Assembly: GCF_016127575.1 (NCBI RefSeq)
Contig: NZ_CP066019.1
Location: forward strand, 1,110,001 to 1,142,000
DNA from: Cupriavidus necator
GTDB taxonomy: Bacteria > Pseudomonadota > Gammaproteobacteria > Burkholderiales > Burkholderiaceae
Length of the DNA stretch: 32,000 nucleotides
Reading direction: 5' to 3'
Part shown: in pieces, positions 8,509-21,027 of the stretch
How positions within the stretch are numbered: position 1 is the first letter of the stretch
Layout: each line of letters opens with the position of its first letter
The notes under the pieces: model-generated
Told to the model about the DNA's origin: nothing
Seen by the model: the letters and a program-made list of their open reading frames with translations, nothing else
Database searches by the model: none
Program-made: the position numbers and the translations under genes

Positions 8509-9417
8509 ATGCCCGCCAGCCCTGTCCGCGGCCCCAGGCATTCCGTGTCCCCCATGCCGGCGGCGCCGGCCGGCGCCGTGCGCTGGCTGTGCGGCGCCAT
8601 GCTGGCTGCCGCCGCGCTCTTCTGCGCGCAACCGGCCCAGGCCGACCTGGCCAGGATCCGCCAGACCGGCACCCTCAAGGTGGCGGTCTACAAAGGCTTG
8701 CCGCCGTTCTCCGCGATCGCGGGCAGTCAGGCCGCGGGCATCGACGTGGCCCTGGCCAGGGCACTGGGCAAGGAGCTGGGCCTGTCGGTGGCGCTGATGC
8801 CGTTCGATGCCGATGAAAGCATGGCTGACGACTTGCGTGCCATGGTCTGGCGCGGCCATTACCTTGGTTACGGACCGGCCGACGTAATGCTGCACGTGCC
8901 GGTCGACCGCGCCTTCATGCGCGAGAACGACAAGGCGCTGATCTTCGCGCCGTACTACCGCGAGACCTTCGTGCTGGTGCAGGACCGCGAGCGCGTGCCG
9001 GCGGTGCGCGGCCTGGAAGACCTGGCCGGGCAGCCGACCGGCGCCGCAGCCGGTTCGGCCGGGGCCAATGCGCTGCTGTCCGGCGCGGGCGGCGCCTTGC
9101 GCGACAAGGTCAGGATCTACCCCGAAGCCGACGCGGCATTGCGCGCGCTGTTCTCCGGCGAGATCGCGGCGGCGATGGTGACGCGCGCCCAATACGAGAG
9201 CGCGCTCAAGGCCGCGGGGCAATCCGGGGCGCGCTTTGCCGCGACGGAACCCAGCGCGCCGCTGCTGCCGCAGCGCGGGTGGGCCGTCGGCATGGCGGTC
9301 AAGGCAGGCGAGCGGGAACTGGCCGAAGCGCTGGAAAAGGCGTTGAGCGCGCTGCGCAGCAATGGCGAACTGGCGCGCATCTTTGCCGGCTACGGGGTGT
9401 CGATGCAGGCGCCGTGA
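8509..9417 (+). CDS. Periplasmic substrate-binding protein, MoxJ-like (quinoprotein dehydrogenase-associated)
   Basis: ATG at 8509 (CCAGGAG upstream), 302 aa. Signal peptide ending AQPAQA. GTLKVAVYKGLPPFS is the type-3 SBP fold signature. It follows the c550 gene as in ped/exa/mox clusters. Confidence 0.75.
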   Translation: MPASPVRGPRHSVSPMPAAPAGAVRWLCGAMLAAAALFCAQPAQADLARIRQTGTLKVAVYKGLPPFSAIAGSQAAGIDVALARALGKELGLSVALMPFDADESMADDLRAMVWRGHYLGYGPADVMLHVPVDRAFMRENDKALIFAPYYRETFVLVQDRERVPAVRGLEDLAGQPTGAAAGSAGANALLSGAGGALRDKVRIYPEADAALRALFSGEIAAAMVTRAQYESALKAAGQSGARFAATEPSAPLLPQRGWAVGMAVKAGERELAEALEKALSALRSNGELARIFAGYGVSMQAP

Positions 9418-9435
9418 GGGTGGCTGGCGGGCGCC

Positions 9436-10755
9436 TCACCTGGCCGGCCTGGCGGCCCGTGCAAGCGGCAGCGTCTGCAGGCGCTCGGCAACGATATTGC
9501 GGATCGCCTGCGGCGCGTCCAGGTCGTCCAGCATGCGCGGCCAGTTGGCATGCGCCAGCGCGACGGCTTCCTTGACGGCGGCGGTCGCAATGCGCCGCGG
9601 GACGCCGGCCTTCTCCGCGATGGTCTCGTACGTTGCCAGGGTTTCTTCACGCTGCCGCCTGTCGATGGCAACGTTCTGGCCATAGGTCGCAAAGCCGGGA
9701 AGCGCGGCCACGCAGACGATGTCGTACGCCGGTGACAGTTCTGGCAGGACCCCGTTGTGATAGGTCACCGAGAAGTTCTTCAGGTGCGCATCGCTGTTGC
9801 CGATCAGCGTGTTGACCGCCTGGCGCAGGAAGAACTGCCGCGCATGCTCGACCCCGCTCGGGCTCAGGCGATACAGGGCGGCAACGAGCTGAATGTAGCT
9901 CTCGATGCCGGCGTACTTCTTCGCTGGCATCCTGCCCAGCATCTGGCAGCCGTCTTCGGCGTGCACACGCCCGGCCGGGGTGCGGTCAAACCTGTCCACC
10001 GCAAGGTAGTGCAGGTTTTCGCCCAGCGATTCAACCAGTCCCTCGACCTCGATGGTCGAGACGGGCAGTACTCTTGTCGGCGCGACATGGACGCCGGCGG
10101 CAGCCGCGAGCTGCATCGAGATCGATTCGTTGAACACCTGCGAATCATCGTTCCTGGCAGGAAGCTTGGCGATGATGTCGGACAGCCTGCCCTTGGCTGG
10201 CAGAGTGTAGCGCTTGTCCTGCAGCACCGTCGACAGGGCCAGCTTGTTCTGCACGCCGGACACCGAGGCCGCGCCCTGGGTGGCGCCCTCCACCACGGCA
10301 ATTTCCAGGTTGTCCGCGCCGCCGGTCACGCCATACGTCCGCGCATACTCCGGCAACGCGCCGATGTCCGCCGGCACGATGACGACGGCCCCCGGGAGAT
10401 CATTGCCGGCCGATGCCAGGATGCCGAAATCATCCTTGTCATCGGGATTGCTCCGCGTTGCCTCGAGCCGCTTGCGCAGTTCGCCCTCGGGCAGCAGGCC
10501 GGCAAAGTAGGGCGGCAGTTCATGGCCCGTGCTGTAGACGGCAGGATGGAAGGGGTTGTCCAGCACCTCGGCGGTGGCCTTGCGGCCGGCCTCGGTCGGG
10601 ACGCTGATCGACAGGCTCAGCGTGGGGCGGCGCGTGTCGCCCCGGAAGGCTTCGGATGGCACGAACCGGACATTGCCGCTGGCCTCGCACAGGTAGCCGC
10701 ATAACTGGTCGTACAGCCGGACCTCAAGAAAGCGCGGATGCAGTTCGTAGCTCAT
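9436..10755 (-). CDS. hipA: HipA-family serine/threonine kinase toxin
   Basis: ATG at 10755 (MSYELHPRFLEVRLYDQLCGYL...), 439 aa. SVSGVQNKLAL matches the HipA N-domain and IGNSDAHLKNFS is the catalytic loop. ATGA overlap with the hipB stop. Confidence 0.9.
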   Translation of the reverse strand: MSYELHPRFLEVRLYDQLCGYLCEASGNVRFVPSEAFRGDTRRPTLSLSISVPTEAGRKATAEVLDNPFHPAVYSTGHELPPYFAGLLPEGELRKRLEATRSNPDDKDDFGILASAGNDLPGAVVIVPADIGALPEYARTYGVTGGADNLEIAVVEGATQGAASVSGVQNKLALSTVLQDKRYTLPAKGRLSDIIAKLPARNDDSQVFNESISMQLAAAAGVHVAPTRVLPVSTIEVEGLVESLGENLHYLAVDRFDRTPAGRVHAEDGCQMLGRMPAKKYAGIESYIQLVAALYRLSPSGVEHARQFFLRQAVNTLIGNSDAHLKNFSVTYHNGVLPELSPAYDIVCVAALPGFATYGQNVAIDRRQREETLATYETIAEKAGVPRRIATAAVKEAVALAHANWPRMLDDLDAPQAIRNIVAERLQTLPLARAARPAR

Positions 10756-11039
10756 TCCTGGTCCAGGAAGATGTCGACTGCGCTGCGGGCGCTGCGGTCG
10801 GGCCCGCTGCCTTTGCCTTCCAGGACTTGCCTGACTTCCTGTGCCCGCTCGTTGGGCACCAGGACCCATTCTGCGTCCAGGGCGGCCGCCAGGGCTTCGA
10901 GGGTGGATGCGCGGCTGTCCTTCTTCCCCAGCAGGATCGCCGACAGGTTCTGGCTTGCCATGCCCAGCACCCGCCCGATCTCGGTCAGGGTCTTGCCTCT
11001 GGCTTCACGCATGTCGCGGCACTGAGAAACTAATGACAT
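10752..11039 (-). CDS. hipB: HipB-like XRE-family HTH antitoxin
   Basis: 95 aa. HTH region RGKTLTEIGRVLGMASQNLSAILLGKK. Immediately upstream of hipA and overlapping it. An alternative start at 11012 is possible. Confidence 0.8.
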   Translation of the reverse strand: MSLVSQCRDMREARGKTLTEIGRVLGMASQNLSAILLGKKDSRASTLEALAAALDAEWVLVPNERAQEVRQVLEGKGSGPDRSARSAVDIFLDQE

Positions 11040-11070
11040 AGCATTATTTCATTGATATATGCATGCCTTA

Positions 11071-11150
11071 GTATGATACATCGGCGCGCCGATAGCCAGG
11101 CGCGTATCATTCGATAGTAGCCTCTATTCAATAAAGTAATGCTATCGAAT
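11071..11150. promoter_or_regulatory. Cluster of palindromes and inverted repeats (candidate HipB operators) in the hipB-imuA control region
   Basis: Perfect 14-bp palindrome ATCGGCGCGCCGAT (11080-11093). GTATGATAC (11071-11079) versus GTATCATTC (11103-11111). ATTCGATAG (11109-11117) versus CTATCGAAT (11142-11150). The local sequence is AT-rich. Confidence 0.35.
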
Positions 11151-11267
11151 TATTTTCTATTGCGGACCGCCGTCCGGAATGAAACCGGGTGGAGCAAATG
11201 AAGACGGGCCGCCGCCCGCCCGTCTCACTTCCCCGGTGTCCCCCAGGCCACCCCTTGCCGCTACCCC

Positions 11268-11296
11268 TTGCGCTGGCACCCGATACTGTATAAATA
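11268..11296 (+). promoter_or_regulatory. Candidate sigma-70 promoter of imuA-imuB-dnaE2
   Basis: TTGCGC (11268-11273), 17 nt spacer, TAAATA (11291-11296). The -10 element is embedded in the LexA box. Confidence 0.4.
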
Positions 11297-11301
11297 TACA
11301 G
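11286..11301. promoter_or_regulatory. LexA SOS box
   Basis: CTGTATAAATATACAG matches the CTGT-N8-ACAG consensus exactly (context atACTGTATAAATATACAGtt). It lies 55 nt upstream of the imuA ATG. Confidence 0.85.
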
Positions 11302-11355
11302 TTATCGTAAATCTACTAGTTCCTCGCCATCCCCGGCGAGCGACGCCAACTCCAC

Positions 11356-12234
11356 ATGACTGCGCAATCGCACGCAGCCCCGCCCATGGCGGCGGAGGGC
11401 CTTCTTTTCCCTGCGCCGGCGCCCCCGGTCTCGCGCCAGCAGGCGCTGTCGGCGCTCGAGCAGCGTTATCCCGGGCTGTGGCGGGCCGGCCAGCTGGGCC
11501 GTGCCGGCGGTGCGGCGGTATGCCCGACCGGATATGACGCGCTGTCGGCCGAGCTGCCCGGCGGCGGCTGGCCGGCGGGCGGGCTGACGGAGCTGCTGAC
11601 GGCGCAGGGTGGAGCGGGCGAGCTGCGCCTGCTGCTGCCGGCGCTGGGCGCGCTGGCCGGGGCCGGGCGCCGTATTGCGCTGGTGGCGCCGCCTTACCTG
11701 CCCAATGCGATGGGGCTGGCCGCGGCCGGCCTGCCGGCGCGCCAGCTCTACTGGATGCGTCCCCCGGCCGGCGCCGGCAAGGCCGCGCAGCAGGCCGACA
11801 TGCTGTGGGCGGCCGAGCAGGTGCTGCGCAGCCAGGCCTTTGGCGGCGTGCTGGTCTGGCTGCCCGCGGCCCGCCCCGAGGCGCTGCGCCGCCTGCAGGT
11901 GCTGGCGCAGGCCGGCGACGCGGTGGCATGGGCGCTGCGCCCGGCCACGGCGCTGCGCGAGTCGTCGCCGGCGGTGCTGCGGCTGCTGCTGGCGCCGCTG
12001 CCCGGCAATGTGCTGTCGATCACCTTCCACAAGCGGCGCGGGCCGGTGCGGGACACGCCGCTGCTGCTGCGCCTGGACGGGATGGCAGCGGCCACGCGCG
12101 CAGCCGCCTGGCCTGTCCCGGCAGGAGCACCTGCCTTGTCTGAATCGTCTTCTCCATCTTCTTCCGATGCCGTACTGGATCGCGGTGCACCTGCCGCGCC
12201 TGCCCCTGGACGCCCTGCAGCCCAGCTGGCCTGA
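11356..12234 (+). CDS. imuA: ImuA, SulA/RecA-like translesion synthesis protein
   Basis: 292 aa. PTGYDALSAELPGGGWPAGGLTELL and GELRLLLPAL fit the ImuA pattern. First gene after the LexA box, upstream of imuB/dnaE2. It has a Ser/Pro/Ala-rich C-terminal tail. Confidence 0.85.
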   Translation: MTAQSHAAPPMAAEGLLFPAPAPPVSRQQALSALEQRYPGLWRAGQLGRAGGAAVCPTGYDALSAELPGGGWPAGGLTELLTAQGGAGELRLLLPALGALAGAGRRIALVAPPYLPNAMGLAAAGLPARQLYWMRPPAGAGKAAQQADMLWAAEQVLRSQAFGGVLVWLPAARPEALRRLQVLAQAGDAVAWALRPATALRESSPAVLRLLLAPLPGNVLSITFHKRRGPVRDTPLLLRLDGMAAATRAAAWPVPAGAPALSESSSPSSSDAVLDRGAPAAPAPGRPAAQLA

Positions 12235-13734
12235 GCTGGCGCCCGCCGTGAGCCCGCCTGCCGCCACCGCCACGCTGCACCATGCGCTGCCGGTGGCGGT
12301 GATGGCGCGCGAGCAGGTGGTGCTGGCCAACGGCCCGGCGATGCAGCTCGGCGTGCGCTACGGCATGCGCCGCGGCGGCGTGCAGGCGCTGTCGGCCGAC
12401 ATCGTGCAGCTGGAGCGCGACCTGGCCGCGGAAGCTTCGTTGATGGAGGCGGTGGCGCTGGCGCTGCTGCATTTCACGCCGGGCGTGACCGTCGACGAGG
12501 AACCGGAGTCGGCCACGGTGATGCTGGACGTCACCGCCAGCCTGCGCCTGTTTGGCGGCCACCGCGCGCTGTGCCGCGCGGTGCGTGCCTGCGTGCGCCA
12601 GCTTGGCACCTTTGCCCAGGTGGGCTCAGGCCCGACCGCGCACGGCGCCGCGTGGCTGGCGCGCCAGCCGCTGCGGCGCACGCGGCGCGGCGTGGTGCGG
12701 CCCGGGCGCCGCGCGGTGGGCATGGCACGCCTGCACCGGCTGCTGGACCGCCTGCCGGTGGAGGCGCTGCATGCGCTGGCCGATCCGGCCTGGCTGGACG
12801 GCATCGGCTGCCGCACGCTGGGCGAGGTGCGGCGCCTGCCGCGCGCGGGCCTGACGCGCCGGCTGGGCCCGGCGCTGCTGGCGCGGCTGGACCAGGCTTA
12901 TGGCGACACGCCGGCGCGCTTTGCCTGGTTTGTGGCGCCGCCCGCGTTTGCGCAGCGCATGGACCTGCCGGGCCGCATCGAATCCGCCGAGGGCGTGCTG
13001 GCCGGCGCGCAGCGCCTGCTGCTGGCGCTGGCGGGCTGGCTGGCGGTGCAGCAGGCCGGCGTCACGCGCTGCGTGCTGGTGCTGGAGCATGAGCGCTACC
13101 GGCGCGGCGTTGACACCGACGGCACCGAGGTGCCGGTGGGCCTGGCCCAGCCCAGCCGCGACCCCGCGCACCTGTCGCGGCTGCTGCGCGAGAAGCTCGA
13201 CAAGCTCAATTTCCACGCCCCGGTGACCGGCCTGGCGCTGCGCGTTGAGGCGATGGCCGCATGCGTGCCGCACAGCGATGCGCTGTTCCCCGAGCCCGGC
13301 GGCACGCCGGAAGACCTGGGCCGCCTGCTCGATACGCTGATGGCGCGGCTGGGCCGTGACAACGTGCTGCAGCCGCGGCCGCTGGCCGACCACCGGCCCG
13401 AGCGCGCCAACCGCTGGTGCCCGGTCGACGAGCCCGGCGGCAACAAGGCCGCCAGCCTGCCGGATCCGCAGCCGGAGCGCCCGCTGTGGCTGCTGCCGCA
13501 ACCGCTGCCGCTGCCGGTGCAGCGCCACCGGCCCTGCCACGGCGGCCCGCTGGCGCTGCTGAGCCGCCCTGAGCGCATCGAGGCCGGCTGGTGGGACGGC
13601 GCGCTGGCCACGCGCGACTACTTTATCGCCGAGCGCGCCGACGGCCTGCGCTGCTGGATCTTCCGCGAACGTCCGGGCCATGCGGCGCAGGACGATGGCG
13701 GCGAGTACCGCTGGTTCCTGCACGGGTTGTTCGC

Positions 13735-13738
<4 letters not shown>
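12167..13738 (+). CDS. imuB: ImuB, Y-family DNA polymerase-like protein
   Basis: ATG at 12167 (MPYWIAVHLPRLPLDAL...), 523 aa. C-terminal IEAGWWDG...RDYF motif. Overlaps imuA by 68 nt. ATGA overlap with dnaE2. The 186-codon 5' extension in the track is rejected. Confidence 0.88.
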
Positions 13739-17145
<3,407 letters not shown>

Positions 17146-17430
17146 GACGCACGGCCAGAAGCCAGGTCATGCCTGTGCCTGGAGCGGTTTACTTGCACGC
17201 CTGATTCATCGCCAGGCACCGCTTTGTTGTTCACGCAACTGTAACGAAGCGCGGGTAACGTAGCGTCCGTCCACTACCGGACACCACAGGGCGCTGCGCC
17301 CGGCCCGCGCCCCCACACCTGGCGCTGCCGGCGCGTGCGCCAGCCAGCCTGATCGGGCTGCCCGGAATTGCCTTGTCTGCACCGTGGGCGCGCTTTGCCC
17401 GCACTCCTGAACCGCCTCGACACCACCGCC

Positions 17431-18384
17431 ATGAAAACCCGACTGATCGCCGCGGCCTTGCTGGCCGCCACGGCGAGCCCTGCCTTCGCCCTGAACATCC
17501 TGCTGACCAACGACGATGGCCTGACCAGCAACCTGAAGGCGCTGTACGACGCCCTCAAGGGCGCAGGCCACAACGTCATCGTCAGCGTGCCCTGCACCGG
17601 CCAGAGTGGCCGCGGCGCCGGCATCGTGATGTACAGCACCACGGTCATCGTGCCCGACAACGACAAGACCCAGATCGAGGCCGAAGGCGGCTGCCACAAC
17701 GGTGCGGCGGCCACCGGCGAGCCGGCGGTGGGCCCCTTCACGAAGCCGGGCTACACCAACGGCGATTACAACTACGCCCATGGCACGCCGGTGATGGCGA
17801 CCATGTACGGGCTGGACGTGCTGGCTCCGGCGCGCTGGGGCAAGGCCCCCGACCTGGTGCTGTCCGGGCCCAACGAAGGGCAGAACGTCGGCCGTATCGT
17901 CAACAGCTCGGGCACCGTCAGCAATGCGCAGTTCGCCGCATCGCGCGGTATCCCGTCCATCGCCCTGAGCGCGGGTACGGACTCGGTCGACAATGCGGGC
18001 CTGGCAAGCCCGGTGTCCGGCGTGGTGGCGCAGTTGTCCATCAAGCTGGTCAACACGCTGCGTGCCAAGGCCAACGGCGGTCCGCTGCTGCCCGCAGGGC
18101 TGGCGCTGAACGTCAACTTCCCGAACGCGCCGTCGGCCGCCACGCCCTTCGCGTTCTCGCGGCACGGCACCTTCGATGCGTATGCGCTGAAGTTCAACGG
18201 CACGGCGCCGTATGGGCTGGGCATCGGCGCCGGCAGCGGCACGCCGACCGCCGCACAAGGCGAGGATGAGTCCGTCGTCTACAAGACCAAGGTGGCTGTC
18301 ACCGCCATGCAGATCGGCTTCGACCAGCGTCCCGCGGGCCAGCAATGGCTGCGCCTGCGCCTGGGTGAACTGTTCGGCCAGTGA
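17431..18384 (+). CDS. Secreted SurE-family phosphatase/nucleotidase
   Basis: ATG at 17431, 317 aa. Signal peptide MKTRLIAAALLAATASPAFA, followed by the SurE signature NILLTNDDG and later SGPNEGQN. Confidence 0.8.
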   Translation: MKTRLIAAALLAATASPAFALNILLTNDDGLTSNLKALYDALKGAGHNVIVSVPCTGQSGRGAGIVMYSTTVIVPDNDKTQIEAEGGCHNGAAATGEPAVGPFTKPGYTNGDYNYAHGTPVMATMYGLDVLAPARWGKAPDLVLSGPNEGQNVGRIVNSSGTVSNAQFAASRGIPSIALSAGTDSVDNAGLASPVSGVVAQLSIKLVNTLRAKANGGPLLPAGLALNVNFPNAPSAATPFAFSRHGTFDAYALKFNGTAPYGLGIGAGSGTPTAAQGEDESVVYKTKVAVTAMQIGFDQRPAGQQWLRLRLGELFGQ

Positions 18385-18395
18385 GGCATGTCCCG

Positions 18396-19049
18396 ATGAA
18401 ACGCCTCATTCCCCTGTTCCCCCTGATGGCCGCGCTGGCGCTGGCCGGTTGCGGCGGCAACGACGCGCCTGACAACACCACGCCGCCCGCCACCGCGAGC
18501 TTGTCGGTCACGGATCTGGAGCCCGGCGCGTACGTCGTCAGCGTTGGCGACGCCGACAGCCCCACGGTCGGCAAGTACTACGCTGGCGCGGACGGCAGCC
18601 GCTACCTGGCGCTAGCCGGTGCCGAAGACAAGGCCACCATCATCTACCGCCGCGACAAGGGTGGCAGCTGGGTAGCCGCCCCGGGCGCGGACGCTGCTGC
18701 CAGCGTCAGGCTGCTGCGCCAGGATCCCGTGCCGGCGGCGAGCGTGGAACCCGGCAGCGTGGCAGGCTCGTACACGGTCGTGCTGCCCTCGGGCGCCAGC
18801 GCAAGCTTCACGGTCACGGCGGACGGCAAGATCGCGCCCGGCGCTTCGGGGTGCCAGCTCTCCGGGACGGTCGCCGCGCACGCCATGCCGAATACGCTGA
18901 GCCTGAAGCTTGCCGCGTCGGCCTGCGGCATGGTGCCCGCCAGCGCCACCGGCGTCCTGGCCATCGACACCGACTACCAGCCTGCCGCCTTCCGCCTCAT
19001 TGCGGACGATGGCGGCCGCGTGGTCGACTTGTGGGCGTATCGAGACTGA
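18396..19049 (+). CDS. Hypothetical lipoprotein
   Basis: MKRLIPLFPLMAALALAGCGG carries a lipobox (LAGC). 217 aa, GAGG 9 nt upstream of the start, and the gene abuts the SurE-like stop. No family recognised. Confidence 0.6.
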   Translation: MKRLIPLFPLMAALALAGCGGNDAPDNTTPPATASLSVTDLEPGAYVVSVGDADSPTVGKYYAGADGSRYLALAGAEDKATIIYRRDKGGSWVAAPGADAAASVRLLRQDPVPAASVEPGSVAGSYTVVLPSGASASFTVTADGKIAPGASGCQLSGTVAAHAMPNTLSLKLAASACGMVPASATGVLAIDTDYQPAAFRLIADDGGRVVDLWAYRD

Positions 19050-19067
19050 CCGTCGCTGCCTGGCGCG

Positions 19068-19556
19068 CTAGTTCATCGCCAGGCTGCCCGCCACCAGTTT
19101 CTGCTCGGCGGAGAGCTTGCGGATAGCCTGGTTCAGGGTCGCGGTGGTGCTGTTGATGGCTGCGCCCAGGCCAGCGATTTCCTGTTGCAGGGCCGCGATG
19201 CGGATGCGCTTCTGGTCCGGGGTCCCGGTGGCCGCATTCTTCACTGCCTCCAGCTCTTGCAGCTTGCGCTCCAGTTGCGCGCGCAGTTCGCGCAGGCGCT
19301 TGATCGCATCCTTGGCCTGGTCGGGCAGGCCGCTGTTGTCGACGTCGCTGTTGTCGCGCACCGCGGGCGCCTGTCCGCCACCGGCCAGGGCCTGCCCCGG
19401 TGCCGAGATATGGATCTCGGTGCTGGATGCGGGCCGCGCCCGGATACCGGCGGTGTCGCCGGCGGTCTCGCTGGCGGCTACGGCCGGCGTGACTGCCGGG
19501 TTGTCAATGGAAACGGCTGCCGCTGCGTTCGCGGCAGTCGGCTCGATCATCGTCAC
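19068..19556 (-). CDS. Hypothetical coiled-coil protein, FlxA-like
   Basis: The C-terminal half (KRLRELRAQLERKLQELEAVKNA...RIRIAALQQEIAGLGAAI) is heptad-like and resembles FlxA-family proteins. GTG 19556 has GGAGAA 8 nt upstream, and ATG 19550 is also possible. The longer track ORF start is unsupported. Confidence 0.45.
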   Translation of the reverse strand: MTMIEPTAANAAAAVSIDNPAVTPAVAASETAGDTAGIRARPASSTEIHISAPGQALAGGGQAPAVRDNSDVDNSGLPDQAKDAIKRLRELRAQLERKLQELEAVKNAATGTPDQKRIRIAALQQEIAGLGAAINSTTATLNQAIRKLSAEQKLVAGSLAMN

Positions 19557-19965
19557 GGTCGTACTTCTCCTGGTCTGCCGGCCCTTGGCAACGTGCACTA
19601 CGGAATGCGCCGGTTCCTTGCGGATATCGGCAGTTTGTGGCCGGGACTTGAGCGGCCGCAGGGCGAGCAGGGCAACGGAAAAACGGACCGTCAACGCAAG
19701 CGGTTATCATCGTGCCGTGCCTTGCCGGTTTCATCCGGAACACTGAATTCACTATCCACTTTGCAGGTCGATTGATGCCGATTCCGTCTTGCCACCCTGG
19801 CTTCGCGCCGTACCGTCAGTCCGTGGGCGGGCGGGGCCCATGGTAAAGGGTCGCCGCGGCGCGGGCGCGGCGCCGGCCCGGAAATCGTCGTCGCAGGCGT
19901 CATCGGCCAGAACGGAGCCCGCGCAGACCGCCGAGCCAGCGCCGCCGTCGCCCACCACGTCGGCG

Positions 19966-20799
19966 ATGCTCGCGCGCATCCACAGCATGCGGGACTCGCT
20001 GGGGCCGGCCGGGCAGCGCATTGCCGATTTCGTGACCCGGTATCCGCAGACCGTGATCCATATGTCGGTCAGCGAAGTGGCCGAGCGCACCAATGCGAGC
20101 GAGGGCAGCGTGGTCGGCTTCTGCAAGAGCCTGGGCGCGACGGGCTTCCAGCAACTGAAGATCCTGCTGGCGCAGGAACTGGTGCAGGGGGTCCAGATCA
20201 TCCACGAAGACCTCGAGCCCGGCGACACCTGCCCGGCGGTCATGCGCAAGATCTTCCAGAGCAACGTCCAGACGCTGCATGACACCAGCGCCGTGCTCGA
20301 CGTGGCCGCGATCGAGCGCGCGGTCGCATTGCTCAGGGCGGCCGAACGCATCGAGATCTATGGCATTGGCAGCGCGGCGCCGATCGCCGAGGATGCGCAG
20401 TACCGCATGCTGCGCATCGGGCTCAACGTGAAGGCGGTGGTGGATTCGCATATCCAGGCCATCAGCGCATCGCTCGCGGGCCCCAGGGTTGCCACGCTGA
20501 CCATCTCGCATTCGGGCAGCACGCATGAAACCGTGACGGCCACGCGGCTGGCCCGGGAGAGCGGTGCCAGCACCATCTGCATCACCAATTTCGGCAAGTC
20601 GCCGATCCAGGCCTTCGCCGACGTCGTGCTGTTCACGATGGCGCGCGAGACCCGCTTCCGGACCGAGGCGATGACCAGCCGCCTGGCGCAACTGGCGATC
20701 ATCGATGTGCTGATCGCCTGCCTCGCGCTGACGGACTACGACACCTCCGTTGAAACGCTGCGGCGTACGTTCGACGTCCTGTCGCTCAAGCGATATTGA
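19966..20799 (+). CDS. RpiR/MurR-family transcriptional regulator (HTH_6 + SIS)
   Basis: ATG at 19966, 277 aa. N-terminal GQRIADFVTRYPQTVIHMSVSEVAERTNASEGSVVGFCKSLGATGFQQLK is the RpiR HTH. SIS domain (IEIYGIGSAAPIAEDA..., LTISHSGST). A start at 19840 cannot be excluded. Confidence 0.88.
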   Translation: MLARIHSMRDSLGPAGQRIADFVTRYPQTVIHMSVSEVAERTNASEGSVVGFCKSLGATGFQQLKILLAQELVQGVQIIHEDLEPGDTCPAVMRKIFQSNVQTLHDTSAVLDVAAIERAVALLRAAERIEIYGIGSAAPIAEDAQYRMLRIGLNVKAVVDSHIQAISASLAGPRVATLTISHSGSTHETVTATRLARESGASTICITNFGKSPIQAFADVVLFTMARETRFRTEAMTSRLAQLAIIDVLIACLALTDYDTSVETLRRTFDVLSLKRY

Positions 20800-20943
20800 G
20801 CCTCGGCCGGCCCGCGCCGGCATCCTGACATATTCCTGCTGCAGTTGTCGTCCAGCCTTGCTCCCGTCAGTGACGGGGGCGGGTGCCGTGCCACGGCCAG
20901 AAAATGAGGATAATTCAAATATAAAAACAATTGTATTGAGCAA

Positions 20944-20961
20944 TATTCATTTGGATGTCAC
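20944..20961 (+). promoter_or_regulatory. Candidate Pho box upstream of the lipoprotein-plcN unit
   Basis: TATTCATTTGGATGTCAC matches 10 of 18 positions of CTGTCATAAAACTGTCAC (second repeat 6 of 7). It sits in an AT-rich patch with TACGCT 11 nt downstream as a possible -10. Confidence 0.3.
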
Positions 20962-21027
20962 ATCGGGCCCCTACGCTTCGAGTCGCGTCAGTCCCTTCCC
21001 CCTGGCCCTCGAACATAAGGAGTCCTC

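Noticed and set aside
11274-11288. TGGCACC upstream of imuA as a sigma-54 -24 element
   Set aside because: There is no TTGC/GC element at the required -12 spacing. The region is better explained by a sigma-70 promoter overlapped by the LexA box.
17206-18345. 379-aa minus ORF opposite the SurE-like gene
   Set aside because: It is antisense to a gene with a signal peptide and the LLTNDDG signature, and its composition is low-complexity.
17205-19084. Identical 13-mer TTCATCGCCAGGC at 17205-17217 and 19072-19084, flanking the SurE-like and lipoprotein genes (possible target-site duplication)
   Set aside because: Similarity does not extend beyond 13 bp. Several exact 13-mer repeats are expected by chance in 32 kb of biased composition, and no mobility gene lies between them.
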